Origin: Felis catus
Taxonomy: Eukaryota
NCBI RefSeq assembly: GCF_018350175.1
Contig: NC_058368.1
Span: 198,588,001-198,652,000, forward strand
Length of the DNA: 64,000 nucleotides
Direction: 5' to 3'
In this document: one piece after another, positions 1-13,285 of the stretch
Layout: the number at the start of each line of letters is the position of its first letter
Numbering within the stretch: the stretch's first letter is position 1
The notes under the pieces: model-generated
Database searches by the model: none
Seen by the model: the letters and a program-made list of their open reading frames with translations, nothing else
What the model was told of the DNA's origin: nothing
Made by a program: the position numbers and the translations under genes

Positions 1-57
1 TGAGCCAAAATCAAGAGTTGGACAGATGCTTAGCTGACTGAGCCACCCAGGTGCCCC
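1..57 (-). mobile_element. CanSINE 5' part (cut by window start)
   Basis: CTGACTGAGCCACCCAGGTGCCCC is the reverse complement of the SINE head GGGGCACCTGGGTGGCTCAG. Confidence 0.9.
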
Positions 58-264
58 AAAGTGTATTTTTCATGTAAGTCAGGCAGTCTTGTATAAGTCC
101 TATTTCTTGTCTTGACACCATTTATCAGCTTTTCTTAGGCATCCCATGATGACTTGGAGTATACCATATGGCTAAACATAATTTAAACATTTACTGATGG
201 ATATTAGTTTTTTAAAGCTTGCTTTGTAAATAACTTTGTTGAACATCTTTTTCTTTTCTTTCCA

Positions 265-266
265 TT

Positions 267-311
<45 letters not shown>

Positions 312-851
312 AATTCATATCCAAGTTAGTTAGCATATAGTGCAATGATGATTTCAGGAGTAGATTCCAGTGACTCATCCCCTATGTATAACACCCAAGG
401 CCCATCACAAGTATCTTCCTTAATGCCCCTCACCCATTTAGCCCATCCCCCACCCACAACCCCTCCAGTGACCCTCAGTTCTCTGTATTTAAGATTCTCT
501 TATGTTTTGTCCCCCTCCTTGTTTTTATAATACCCTCTAGTTCCATCCACTTTGTTGCAAATGGCAAGATTTCATTCTTTTTGATCGCCAAGTAATACTC
601 CATTGTATATATAAACCACATCTTTTTTTATCCATTCATCTGTTGATGGACATTTAGGCTCTTTCCATACTTTGGCTATTGTTGATAGTGCTGCTATAAA
701 CATGGGGGTGCATGTGTCCCTTCGAAACAGCATATCTGTATCCCTTGGATAAATACCTAGTAGTGCAATTACTGGGTGATAGGGTAGTTCTATTTTTAAT
801 TTTTGAAGAAACTCCATACTGTTTTCCAGAGTGGCTATACCAGTTTGCATT
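265..851 (-). mobile_element. 5'-truncated carnivore L1 (ORF2 C-terminus + 3' UTR), (TTTA)n tail
   Basis: ORF 572-850 translates as L1 ORF2 C-terminus (LLGIYP..TCTPMFIAALSTIAKVWKEPKCPS); (ATTT)n tail at ~265-310. Confidence 0.92.
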
Positions 852-871
852 TCTTTTTCTTTAATTCTTTC

Positions 872-1083
872 TTTTAATGTTTATTTATTTTTGAAAGAGA
901 GAGAGAGAGAGAAACAGAGTGCGAGCAGGGGAGGGGCAGCAAGAGAAGGAGACACAGAATTCAAAACAGGCTCCAGGCTCTGAGCTGTCAGCACAGAGCC
1001 TGATGTGGGGCTGAACCCACAAATCACGAGATCATGACCTGAGCCAAAGTCAGACACAACCGACTGACCCACCCAGGCACCCC
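872..1083 (-). mobile_element. CanSINE (SINEC_Fc-like)
   Basis: T-rich tail, (GA)n, GAGATCATGACCTGAGCC core, ends CCAGGCACCCC. Confidence 0.93.
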
Positions 1084-1114
1084 ATCTTTTTATTTATTTC
1101 TAAACATACTCACA

Positions 1115-2572
1115 GAAGTAATAAATTCAGTAAAGTCACAGGATACAAATGCAATATTGCATTTCTATACAACAATAATGAGGCAGCAGAAAGAGAAATT
1201 AAGAAATCAATCCCATTTATAATTGTACCAAAAGCAACAAGATACCTAGGAATAAACCTACCCAAAGAGGTAAAAGACCTGTACTCTGAAAACTATAAAA
1301 CACTGATGAAAGAAATTGAAGATGACACAAAGAAATGGAAAGATATTCCATGTTCATGGATTACAAGAACAAATATTGTTAAAATGTCGATACTACCCAA
1401 AGCCATCTACACATTTAATGCAATCCCTACCAAAATACTAACAGCACTTTTCACAGAGCTAGAACAGACAATCCTAAAATTTGTATAGAAACACAAACCC
1501 CCACTAGCCAAAGCAACCATGAAAAAGAAAAAAAAAAAAAGCTGGAGGCATCACATTTTGGACTTCAAGTTATATTACAAAGCTGTAGTGGTAAAAACAG
1601 TATGGTACTGGCACAAAAATAGACATATAGATCAATGGAACAGAATAGAAAACCCAGAAATGAACCCACAATTATATGGTCAATTAATCACACAGCAGGA
1701 AAGAAGATTCAATGGGAAAAGGTCTCTTCAACAAATGGTATTGGGAAAACTGGACAACAACATGCAAAAGAATGAAACTGGACCACTTTCTCATACCATA
1801 CACAAAAATAAATTCAAAATAGATTAAAGACCTAAATGGAGACCTGAAGCCATAAAAATCCTAGAGGAGAACACAGGCAATAACCTCTTTGACATCAGCC
1901 TAGCAACTTCTTTCTAAATAATGATGCCTGAGGCAAGAGAAACAAAAGCAGAAATAAACTATTGGGACTTCATCAAAAAAAGGCTTTTCCATAGGGAAGG
2001 AGACAATAAAACTAAAAGGGAACCTACAGAATGGGAGAAGATATTTGCAAATGACACATCTGATAAAGAAAATATCCAAAATCTAGAAATAATTTATAAA
2101 ACTCAACACCCCAAAGTGATAATCCAATTAAAAATGGGCAGAAGATATGAGCAGACATTTTTCCAACGAAGGCATACAGATGACCAACAGACACGTGAAA
2201 ACATGCTCAACATCACTTATCATCAGGGAAATGCAAATCAAAACTACAGTGAGAGATCACCTCACACTTGTCAGAATGGCTAAAATCAACAGCAGGAAAC
2301 AACAGGTGTTGGTGAGGATGTGGAGAAAGAAGAACTCTCTTGCATGGTTGGTGGGAATGCAAACCGGTACAGCCACTGTTGAAGATAGTATGGAGGACCC
2401 TCAAAAAGTTAAAAATAGGACTATTAGGTATTTACCCAGAGAATACAAAAATACTAATTCAAAAGGATACATGCACCCTGGCATTTATAGCGGCATTATC
2501 TACAATAGCCAAACTGTGGAAACAACCTAAGTGTCCATTGACGGATGAATGGGTAAAGAAGATGTGGTATGT

Positions 2573-2621
<49 letters not shown>

Positions 2622-3022
2622 AAATGGAATATTACTCAGCCATAAAAAGAATGAAATCTTGCCATTTTCAATGATATGAAGCTAGAGAATATAATACTAA
2701 GTGAAATAAGTCAGAGAAAAGCAAATACCATATGATTTCACTTATAGGTGGAATTTAAGAAACAAAAGAGCAAATGTGGAAAAGAGAGAGAGAGAGAGAG
2801 AGAGGCAAACCAAGAAAGAAACAGACTCTTAGCTATAGAGAACAAACTTATGGTAGACAGAGGGGAGATGGGTGGGGGGATGGGTTAAATAGGTGACGGG
2901 GATTAAAGAGGGCACTTTGTGATGAGCACAGAGAGTTGTATGAAGTGTTGAATCACTACCTTGTACACCTGAAACTAACTTTACACTGTATGTTAACTAA
3001 CAGAATTTGAATAAAACTTATA
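1115..3022 (+). mobile_element. Degenerate L1, 3' ~1.9 kb (ORF2 C-terminal region + 3' UTR)
   Basis: Successive frameshifted ORFs 1306-2645 give L1 ORF2 peptides ([48 protein letters not shown]); L1 3' UTR with AATAAA at ~3010. Confidence 0.95.
2577..2616. repeat. (CA)20 microsatellite inside L1
   Basis: Uninterrupted CA dinucleotide run. Confidence 0.95.
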
Positions 3023-4189
3023 AGAAACCCCACAAATAAATAGAATCACAGGATCTGAGCACAGATACATGGTTAGTGCTACTGTAGCTTGTCGTCAAAT
3101 CACTTCTCAGAAAGTTTTTGCCATTTATACTGTGACTGACACTGTAAGGAATCCTGATTTCATCCCACAGGGACATGGAACACTATTTTTAAACCTTGGC
3201 TAATTTGATAGGTGAAAAGTGATATTGTTTCTTCAGTTGAAGTCTCTGGGGTTGGTTACTAGTGAGTCACCTCCTGAGGCTTGCATTATTTCTGTGAATT
3301 GTTGGCTCATGTCCTTTGTGCCTGTTCATCTTTTGGGATTTCGTTGTTCCTGGTAGGCATGGATGAATAGCCCACTGAGGACGTTAACTCTCCTTTGTTA
3401 AAGTCTTCCAGATTCCTTAGTTCTGTTTGATTTTACTAATAATGGATTGGAGTTTTAAACATTCACAGAGTAAAGGTCACTCTGTAAAGCAGATTTGTGG
3501 AAGATTCAGAGATGGACACAGGGGCAGGGGTGGAGGGAAAGAGACAACACTATATTCTGTGCCTGCTTTATAATTCAGCCCAAGTGAATAGATCCATATA
3601 TGGACCCAATCACAACTTATTGTCATTGTCACAATTTAGCTCTCATGGCTCAACAACCACTTCCTAATCCAGGTAACGACTGTCACCTCCAAGAGTCCTC
3701 TGGACCTCAGGACTGACTCAGGATTAAACTGAAATCCAAGCATTGTGGTAACACTGTCCTTCCATTAAATTTATCCTAGGGCTGGGATCCTGACACCAAA
3801 AGATTAAATCACAGTTTGGTATATTTTTTTGATCAACAAGCAACTTGCTAAAAACTGTATTACTCTCACTATAGATCCACTGAAGATTGGAAATGTCACA
3901 TAATCACTAAAGAATTTTTCAGGTAGATATGTATTCAGTAGGTGTAGACCCAGGGGGTTACCATCATTCATTATAAAACATCCATACTTGCTACAAAGGT
4001 TGCTAGCATAGGTAAGAATTTCTCCCTCTAGACCTGTGTTCTCTAAAAACATCTTGAGAACATCTTCCCCAAAATGATTTGTTAAACATGGAGGGGAAAT
4101 GTTCACTTTTTAGAATCAGTGTTAGTAAATAGAAATCATCCTGCAGTAAGCCAGATGCTTCCCTATGACTCATTCCTGGTGTTTCTTCC

Positions 4190-5115
4190 ATTTGATTAAT
4201 GCCTAATTTGTTGTACTTGTTATCCAACTGCCTACATGACATATCCATCTTGATGACTAATTTTTGGCATCTCAGACAAGATGAAAAGCAAGTTTCTGAC
4301 ATTGCTCTCAAAGCACACCCTTCCCACACTCTTCCCCACTTAGTAAATGACAACTCCACCATCCCAGGTGCTGAAACCCCAAACCTCAGTTGTCCTCGAC
4401 TCCCTCAACCCCCAATGTGATCTTTAACAAGTACTGCCAACTCCGTGTTCAAAATATATGCAGAATCTGGACTGCCTCTTACATTTCCACACTACCACTC
4501 TGGCTGGAGTAGTTAATTAAATATCCCCCTGAGTAGTTCATGTCTGCCCTTGTACCTCTTCAGCCTATTTGCACAAAGTTGCCAGAATGTTCCTGCTAAA
4601 ATGAAGGTCTGATCAAGCCATCTCTCTGTTCAAAACCTTCCAGTGGACTCCAGTGTGACTCAGAGTAAGAAACAAAGACCCACAGTGGCTTCAAGGCTCC
4701 ACATGACTTGCGGTTGATACCACTGACCACACTTTCTATCCCTCCCCATGTTACTTGCTCCACTCTAGCCACACAAGCCACCTTGCTGTGCCCTCTGATA
4801 GGTGACTCTAATGGCAGATTCCACCATGGCTTACTCTCTCACTTCCTTCAGGCTTTTCTTCTCCATGAAGACATCCTTCCCATCCTGCCTAAACCTTCAG
4901 CCCCCAATCACTCATGTTCCTATTCATGCCTTCATCTCTTTCTTCCACACTTCTCCCCAATATCCTACATATTGTGCTTATTTATCTTGTTTGTCTCCCC
5001 ATCACTAGAATGTAATCTCCATGGGGCCAGGGATTTGGGTCTGCTTGCTCTCTGCTGTATTCCCAGTGCCTCACATATGGTGAGCACACCATAAGTATTT
5101 GTCAAAAAAGTGAAC
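4190..5115 (+). mobile_element. Ancient L2 LINE fragments (3' region)
   Basis: L2-like motifs (TTCAAAATATATGCAGAATCTG; CTAGAATGTAATCTCCATGGGGCCAGGGA...TTCCCAGTGCC...ATAAGTATTTGT). Confidence 0.7.
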
Positions 5116-5225
5116 AAGCTTGTCACTGATACCTGCTTTTTTCCACCCATGATGTTCACCATCACACATAAGAGCATCCTTTCCAGACACTTAAACTTTT
5201 CTTCATGTTACCATTTGTGCCTTTT

Positions 5226-5410
5226 TTAAAAGAAGTTTTTATTTATTTATTTTGAGAGAGAGTGGGGGGAGGGGCAGAGAGAAAGAATTCTGAACAGGCT
5301 CTGTCAGCACAAAGCCTGACACAGGGCTTGAACTCATAAACCATGAGATCATGACCTGAGCCGAAACCAAGAGCCAGATTCTCAACCGACTGAGTCACCC
5401 AAGGTGTCCC
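5226..5410 (-). mobile_element. CanSINE with 16-bp TSD
   Basis: TSD ACCATTTGTGCCTTTT at 5210-5225 and 5411-5426. Confidence 0.93.
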
Positions 5411-7063
5411 ACCATTTGTGCCTTTTACCAGGTAGAACAGAACTTCCTTCAAGTTTTCCACACCCCTCTCCAGGCTTTCCTCTCTATCTTCTTGACTAGT
5501 TCTGGGTCACATGACAATCTGTAGTCCAGTCACTGGAAAGGAGATGGGACCACCATTGGCTGCCATGGTTTAAGCATGATTTATTCTCTGGGACATACGG
5601 CTGCTGGGGTAAAATCAGGTTAATGAGGAAGAAGGGAATGGGTTTCATACAGAAAAATAAGTGTCTGCCATGTCCACTGAATCACAATTTCATGTCTGTG
5701 TTCGCAGCTGAGCTTCACCATCTTGATGAGGAGGGGTAAGTAGGTGTTCTGACCATTTTATGGAGGAGAAAACAGAGCCACAGAGAGATCCTCCAATATG
5801 TCAACATCATGCAGCAGGTCAGTGGCGGGACCAGTGTGGTCTACCCAAGTTCTCAGTTCTGGAGAAGCAGGATGCTTTGGAGAAGAGTACAGCAGTAATC
5901 AGAGCCCCAGGGATTCATTTTCACTATGCACAAAAGAACTATATGACCTCGAATAGGCGTTTTGATACCTCAGGGCCTCAGTTTGTTCATCTTTAAAATG
6001 AAAATAAAGTCTCTTTCTTGTTTTAGAGCTGCGCTTGAGCTGATTAATCATTAAGACTCTCTTCTTATCTGTTGAATTCCAGCTCAGGGAGAGAAATAGG
6101 AGTGAGTTGTTGGACTTTAAACTCTGCCCAGCCAGAAGAGAAGAATTAGATTTCTTTGTAATGATCTTTAAAACAAAACAAAACAAAACAAAAACCCTTT
6201 TGTTCTGAAAACAAATACATAAGGATGATCCTTTTAACCCTCAGTCTGTTCTTGAAGATTTCCCCTTCAGTGTATCTCTAAATCCTTCTAGTTCCAGCTT
6301 TGACATTTGAAGAACAGGTATTCCTCGGCAGGTTGTCTGTTCCTCATTTGGAAATCAATCCCCTGTGAATGCACAGTTGGAAGCTTCCATTGCAGAGCAA
6401 CTTCATGGAGCCAACTGCAGACGCATTTGTAGCTTGAGAGCTGTGATACCCCCGTATCTTCCTGGCCAGGGTCCTAGTCCGCACAGTTGCCGGGCAGCAG
6501 TCACTCCAAATTCTACTGTTGGCTTCTCATTCCCATGCATCATTCCTAGCATGTCACCTGCCTGCGAGATTCAAGTTTTTTTTTTGCTGAAGGAGTGGCT
6601 TTATGAGGGCCACTGGGAGGGAGATGGTTATTCAATAATTTACTGAACATCGCTACTGAACATCGCTTGTTCAGCTCTGTGCCCATATGAAGCATTTTCC
6701 AACCTTCTGACTTCATAGATCTAGATTTTCCTTTTCTGCAGTGTCAACTTGCTATTTAATAACTCTTGACTTTAGGATAGAAATTTAAGGTGTTCCATGT
6801 ATTATCTCATGGGATTTTAGAATTAAGAAACATTAGGTAACTCTCATTAGATTGTTAAGCTTGTAAAGAATGGAATTGGGATCAGATCCTAGGATTCCCA
6901 GGCTGCCTCTCAAGTGTCATAACAAGTGCTAAAATTTAGGTGCTTTCAAAATAGACATTTATTTGTACCTTTAATCACCCACTATTAGGGTCTCGGGTAC
7001 GTCACTTCTAAAAAACCCGGGTGGGGAATTTTGCTTAAAGAGAGCTGCTTACATATTTTAAGC

Positions 7064-7284
7064 CAGGGATTGGCGAACTTTTTCTGCAAAGGGCCAGATA
7101 ATAACCATTTTAAGATTTGTGGGCCAATATAATTTCTGTTACAACAGTTCAATTCTGCATGGTAGTGAGAAAGCAGCCATAGACCATACATAAACAACTC
7201 AGCATGGCTTGTGTTTCAATAAAACTTTACAAAAACAGGTGGCATGTTTCCTTTGGCTCATGGGCCATTATTTGTTGACCTCTG
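7064..7284 (+). mobile_element. MER58A-like hAT-Charlie DNA transposon fossil
   Basis: CAGGGATTGGCGAACTTTTTCTGCAAAGGGCCAGATA...CAATAAAACTTTA...TTTGTTGACCTCTG, with imperfect terminal inverted repeats. Confidence 0.8.
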
Positions 7285-7463
7285 ATCCAAGCTTGGTGCT
7301 CTTAGTACCATGCATTCTTTTATGTCCTGCTTTCAAGGGCATTGGTAAAAATAATTCTCTCTGATTTTCTTGGTCAAGTGGGAAAGTGAAATTGTTTCAC
7401 AAAATAGTCATCCCAATACTCCAGAGAAGTCTGCACATTCACCTCACCAATATATCCCACAAC

Positions 7464-8095
7464 TTTTTCTTTGGTTGTCAAATGATCCTTTATTGAAATG
7501 TTTTCCTTTGTAGTTCTTAACTAGCTGGGTATTATACTGCACCACTGTTGATGTCATCTATGATGTCATAAGGGTGGCAGCCATCAACATTGCAGCCCAC
7601 TGACTGAGCAGTTCCCAGAATCTCTTTCATGGTTCTAGAGAGTTCTCTGGCTAAAGATCGGTGCTGCATCTGTCGGGCAATGTTGACAAGCTCATCAAAA
7701 GAGGTATTTTCACTGTGCTTAATATTTTTGTGCTGCTTTCTGTCTCTTGGCGGTTCCTTGAGGGCTTTGATAATCAGGGCAAAGGCAGAAAGGACCACTT
7801 CAATCTGGGCCTGTACGTTCTGAACGGTCATTTTCATTGTAATCCTCAGACCCTTCCAATCATTGGTGCCTTGGCAAAGTCATCACCAACCTTTGTTGGA
7901 GACAGATCCTGGGAGCCAGTCTACTGGGCCAGGGCAAATGATATGGCACCGACTTCCCCACTGGTGCACTTCAGGTATACAACTTAGATTTCGTTGGGGT
8001 CAAACTTAGGCATGGTAGAGGTGGCTGGTGTTGGGTGAGCCCAGATGCAGGACAACTGAAAACAGTTGCACCTTCACCTCACCTGAGCCAAAAAA
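7464..8095 (-). pseudogene. RPL12: Processed pseudogene of 60S ribosomal protein L12 (uL11)
   Basis: Intronless minus-strand remnant from ATG 8013 to TAA 7517: MPKFDPNEI*VVYLKCT...[25 protein letters not shown]...[15 protein letters not shown]...[15 protein letters not shown]. It has premature stops and a frameshift. An RPL12-like 5' UTR extends to ~8095, AATAAA is at 7494-7489 and a decayed A-tail lies at ~7464-7472. Confidence 0.95.
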
Positions 8096-8243
8096 CTCTT
8101 TGACAAATTTGACAGAAATATCATAGACTTATAGAATGTTAGTGCACAGGGATATTTAAGATCATCTAGTCTTAAACTCCTCATTGTACAGGTGGGGAAA
8201 CAAAGTAAATTTTTCAACCTCCCATCTAAAATAAGTTCAAGTA

Positions 8244-8440
8244 GGGGCGCCTGGGTGGATTAGTCAATTAAGCATCTGACTTCGGCTTAGGTCATGATCC
8301 CGTGGTTTGTGAGTTGGAGCCCCGCATCGGCCTCTGTGCCGACAGCTCAGAGCCTGGATCCTGCTTCAGATTCTGTGTCTCCCCCACCTCGCACTCCATC
8401 TCTCTCTCTCTCTCTCTCAAAAATTAACATTAAAAAAAAA
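8244..8440 (+). mobile_element. CanSINE (SINEC_Fc-like)
   Basis: GGGGCGCCTGGGTGG head, (CT)n, A-tail. Confidence 0.93.
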
Positions 8441-9734
8441 TTTTTTAAGAAGTACAGGATATACTTGGAAGACCAAGAACTGATGAGTATAGAACTTAAT
8501 GTGTGGTTCAAATATTGACATTTCTTTGCCAAACAAAAAAACTACAACATATAAAAATGCATCCTGATAACTTTCTTTCTTACCTTAGTCATATTAGAGT
8601 TTGTTGTTTCAACAAGACATTGTAAAGGCTTTTAAAAATATCAGGCAGAAATATATGAAAAGCTATCTTATGTTCCCAGACTTGAGCAAATATCTTCAAA
8701 ATGTTGCCCCTCTGGGTCCTGACACTCAACAACCTCTTGTTTGGATGTAGCCCTCCCACAGGATGCCCGAGCACCTGGTGTTGCGGTTGCTGTAGAATGC
8801 AGATGGCATGCTCACTTCAAGGGCACTCAGGGGACTCTTAGGGAGTCACAAGGGATAGGGCAGTCACCTGAGAGTAGGAACAGCAAAGCTGTCACCACTC
8901 CTAGACCCACAAGGCTGAGCAGAGTGAGCAGTAGAACCTGCAGTCATGAAAGGGAGCAGTGGCACTCAGTCAGTACTCTAATTTCTGTATTAAACTCTTC
9001 TATTTAGAGTGATGCCCTTTTCCTGACTCAACCCTAAATATACAGCCAGAGGCTACCTCGCAGGTGAATAAATACCCTGACCCTGCTCCACTCCCTTCTA
9101 GTCTCTACCAGAACTCTCCCTTGCAGACCACTTAGTGTAGACCAGCAGGTCAGCCTCCGGGGCAGAGAGCTGGGTCTAGGGGAAGGGAGGGGACCGAAGG
9201 GACGGAGGGGGCATCTCTGGCACAGGTTGTAGAATAGTTACTATGTGACCATATTTCCAAGAAAATTTGAGAACTAACAACTTCAGCTCTCGATATGTAG
9301 GAAAAGGTAAAGGTAACAACTTTCTCTGTACTCTCTTTCCAAATAAAAAAGTAGACAAAGTCTTCAAAATGAGTTTCCATGAAAAAGTAAGAAACTAAAA
9401 AAGCAGCACATTTGCTGAATGGCTCCTTTGTTTTAATGAAACTGAGTGACATTTAAATATGTTTTATAAAAAAGACTCTACATGGAATAATGGTCTCTAT
9501 GAACCACCTGTGCTTTGCCTTTATGGAGGAGAGAAAAAAAAAAAAACTGCTCCTGAATTTTTATAAAGAAATTTAAATTAGACATTAAAATAAAAGAAGA
9601 AAACCTTATCACTTGAGTAGCTACTTAGCTACAGGAGTAATTAAAGCAATGATTCATCCTATGGAGAATTCTAGCAGAAGCTGGTAATTCTTTCTCTCTA
9701 TTAGAAACCCTCCTGGGAACCAAGAGAACTCTCT

Positions 9735-10285
9735 AGAACAGCACAGTTCAATAGCAAAATAATGCAACCCACAAACAGAAGCTGCATACAAAGTTATCTA
9801 GAAACCACATTTTAAAAAATAAAAATAGATGGGGCACCTCTGTGGCTCAGTCGGTTAAGTGTCCAACTTTTGATTTTTGGCTCTGGTCGTGATCTCACAG
9901 TTTCGTGAGTTTGAAACCCACGTGGGGCTCTGTGCTGGCAGTGGGGAGCCTGATTGGGATTCTCTGTCTCTCCCTCTCCCTCTTCCCCACCCCACCACTC
10001 CACTCACACTTTCTTTCTTGAAATAAATAAACTTAAAAAAATTTTTTTAAAGTAAAAATAGATAAAATTAATAAATAATAATGGTTTTTTATTTAAACCA
10101 GTATTTCAAAAGTATTATCCTTCCACCTATAATCAATACTAGAAGTCATTAATAAGCTATCTTACATTCTTCTTTTGGTGCTGCGTCTTTGAAATCTGAG
10201 GTATATTTTACAAGTACAGCACATCTCAAGTCACATTCAGGTGCTCAGTCACTGGCATGTGACTAGTGGCTACCATGAGACCGCA
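9735..10285. mobile_element. MER33/MER3-like hAT fossil interrupted by a CanSINE
   Basis: CAGCACAGTTCAATAG...CACATTTTAAAAA and CACATTCAGGTGCTCAGT...TAGTGGCTACCAT flank the SINE. Confidence 0.65.
9831..10052 (+). mobile_element. CanSINE with TSD
   Basis: Head GGGGCACCTCTGTGGCTCAG; TSD TAAAAATAGAT at 9820-9830 and 10053-10063. Confidence 0.92.
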
Positions 10286-10369
10286 CAGCTTAGAGTATGT
10301 CCCAAGGTTGGGTAAGAGCCTGTCTCTCATACAAAGGAATGAAGCGTAATATAAAAGAGCAGGGACTAC

Positions 10370-10885
10370 TCTCTGTGTGTTTCACCAATGTTTCTAGTTC
10401 TCCTTGCCTTTTAGGTGCATATGAGGATTCTTCCCTGGCCCCTCGTAGCTGGGCAAGGCCACATGACTTGCTTTGGCCAACGAGATGTGAGCAGACATGA
10501 CCCATCACCTCCAGTGAGCTGCACTGAAGAGCTGGCGTGGGCTTCTCTGCACTCTCTCTTATCCTGGCCTGGGGACTGTGGACACTTGTGCTGGTATGGA
10601 GGTGCCCTGAGGTTGAAGCTGCCTGAAATGCTGAGCCAACACTTGGAGGGGGCACAGCTGTCCTACATGAGAGGTATGGTGACTTTTGTTCCACTCAGTC
10701 CCTGCGTCTCTCAACCGACCTTCTCAAGGTTCCAATAACAGCTCTCCTCCCTACTCTTTCAACCCCTCTCTGATATTGCTAGCCCTGAGCCTTGCCCACT
10801 TCTTTGTAAACTGCCCCTTTTGAACCTCCCTTCAGTTACCCCATTTGTGCCATCTGTTTTCTGTTGTGATTCTGATTGATACAGT
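10370..10885. mobile_element. Old MaLR/ERVL-type LTR fragments
   Basis: MLT1-like motifs (GGCCACATGACTTGCTTTGGCCAA...GTGAGCAGA) and an LTR-like end (CCATCTGTTTTCTG...CTGATTGATACA). Confidence 0.55.
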
Positions 10886-10935
10886 TTGCTATATTGACCA
10901 AATGTGAAATGAGCCTAAAGACAGAATAAAATGAA

Positions 10936-11137
10936 GGGCAGCTGGGTGACTCAGTCTGTTAAGCATCCGGCTTTGGCTCAGGTCATGATCTCACAGCTCG
11001 TGAGTTTAAGTCTCGAGTCGGGCTCTGTGCTGACAGCCTGCTTCCGATTCTGTCTCCCTCTTTCTCTGCTCCACCTCCACTCATGTTCTGTCTCTCTCTC
11101 TTTCAAAAATAAATATTAAAAATTAAAAAAAAAAAAG
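10936..11137 (+). mobile_element. CanSINE
   Basis: GGCTCAGGTCATGATCTCAC core, (CT)n, A-tail, TSD ATAAAATGA. Confidence 0.92.
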
Positions 11138-11253
11138 AAGGATAAAATGAGTATCCTGAAGAAGTAATCCCTTGAATGAGTGTAAATCAAGTTTTAAAGC
11201 AATAGTCTACGATAGTTTTCTCACCAATCACACTTACACAACAGATTCTCTGT

Positions 11254-11442
11254 GGGGGCACCTGGGTGGCTCGGTTGGTTGAGCGTCTGGCTCTTGGTTT
11301 TGGTTCAGGTCATGATCTCACAGTTCATGGGTTCAAGCCCTATATCGGGCTCCATGTCTGCTTGGAATTATCTTTCTCCCTCTCTCTCTGCTCCTCTCCT
11401 CTCTCTCTCTCTAAAAATAAATAAATAAACTTAAAAAAAAAA
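11254..11442 (+). mobile_element. CanSINE with TSD
   Basis: TSD AGATTCTCT at 11243-11251 and 11443-11451. Confidence 0.92.
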
Positions 11443-12619
11443 AGATTCTCTTTCTCTTCTTTGGGTAAAGATGGGCATTCATTGTTCCTAGTGATTTGTG
11501 TCTATGTGTTTAACAAATCTGTTTGCTTGAAACTGATGGTCTTGATTCTTTCTTGAAATATGTTCCAAGAATTTGCTTACAAATTTATGCTTGGCATAAA
11601 TAGCAAGAAATCAAAAATAACTAGAAATTGTGGTTAATGGCCATCCTCAAATAAGTTTTATGCCCACAGGCTTGTACCTCAGGCTTGAGTTCCTAAGGAG
11701 AAAACTGAGACTTATGAGTTATTGTTGTGTTACTTGTTCACTGTAGAAAGATCAGAGCAATACAAATGAGCACAAAGAAGATAAAAATACCTCCTCTCAC
11801 AAAAATAATCACCACTAGAGCATATAATTCCAAATGTTTTTAAAATTATATCATCTTGTCTGAAAACAATTTTTTAATTTGTGTTTTTGACTAAAGTTTG
11901 GACTTAATTTCCTTTCAGTAAGTATGTTTTTATACCATTATTCATTATAGTAACTGCTTTGTCATTATTATCCCTTTCTGTTTTATTAGCTCATGCCAAT
12001 TTTCCAATACCAAAATAATATTATATACCTTTGTATTTTCAAGTATTTGGCCAAATTATCTGCAAATAAATTCTTGGAAATGAGAATGCCCATTATAGAA
12101 GGTATACATGATTTAAAAGCTTCAGATAGATTTCCCATATGCCCCCCAGAGCACAATCAGTCATTTTATACTCTTAATAGGAATGCAAGAGTTTCCTCTA
12201 TTCCCACACAGACACCTTGCCAATACTGAGTATTATCTTTGATTTTGGCTCTTTGATAAGAAATAAACAGTAATTTGCTTTAAGCTTGTACTTCTATAGT
12301 TACAGTGAGAGAGAAAATATTTCCATGTTTTGGACAATTCTATTTCTTCACTTATTCATTGTACTTGCATTTTGCAGACAAAATTACAATCTTTGTGATT
12401 TTCCTATTTTGCAGTTAGTGAATGTTTAGAGTTGTAAAACTCTCTGAATGCTAATGTTTGAGTGTTTTTGTTAGACATCTTTCCTGACATATACTGTTCC
12501 TTACCATATCTCTACAGTCCCTATGGCATCAAAGATATGTTTTCATTATAAATGAGTTTATAATGAGAGAGTTAAGTAACTTAACCAGAATGACTTAGTT
12601 ATTTTAGAAGATGCTACTC

Positions 12620-13028
12620 ATGCTATCCCTCAATCCCCTGCCCACCTAGTGCGTTCATTTTTTGGCTGCCATGATCTTTGGTGGCTAACAATTCAGAGTT
12701 GCACCCTTCTCTGGAAAATTGTCCTCAACCTGTCCCAAATGCCTGGATGGCCTGCAAACAATGACCGACTGATGCAGTGGAGATACAAAGGCCCGGACTG
12801 CTTGCTTTAAGGCCAGAAGATTCCGTGGTACGTTTGCTCCAGATCTTCCCATAAAGTCAAGTTGAGGTGAGGCTTCACCTGAAACCTCGTCTTTGCCTAG
12901 ATTCTCCCCCTTGTCTTAGCCTGCTTCCTTCATTCCTCCAGATTCCACCGAAGAGAACATCTTTGATAAGTCACTTTTATAAAACCCTTCCTCTCAGCCA
13001 CAGCTTCCAGGGAACCCAACCTAAGACA
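12620..13028 (+). mobile_element. ERVL-class solo LTR (LTR16/LTR33-like)
   Basis: Ends with the characteristic GCTTCCAGGGAACCCAACCTAAGACA. Confidence 0.6.
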
Positions 13029-13285
13029 GCTTGTAAGTGGGCCATTTCATATTCAGACCCAAGCAATCTGACTCCAAGATCTGCACATGCAATCAATACA
13101 GCACACCTCGCTCCTATCAAAGACACTGCCTGGGAATGAAGATAGCAGATAACACTCTTTCCTAACCTGTCATTTGTCTGTCACTTATGGTGGTCACCAC
13201 AGAAAAGTATTAAATGTATATAGACACATCTATTAATTTTTTACTATGATTTCAATTTTTAGTGGAATGCTTACAAATCCTAAAT

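Noticed and set aside
881..1072. Recurrent 60-90 aa ORFs (AQVMIS..., GSGHDL..., SLSLKNK) here and throughout the window
   Set aside because: All are translations of CanSINE copies, not a gene family.
1306..2645. Reverse-transcriptase-associated ORFs as an active element or new system
   Set aside because: Frameshifted, 5'-truncated L1 ORF2 remnants with no endonuclease or intact RT core.
3804..4106. 100-aa minus-strand ORF in unique sequence
   Set aside because: No true ATG start, no family I recognise and no convincing splice context; a BLASTX hit would be needed to reconsider.
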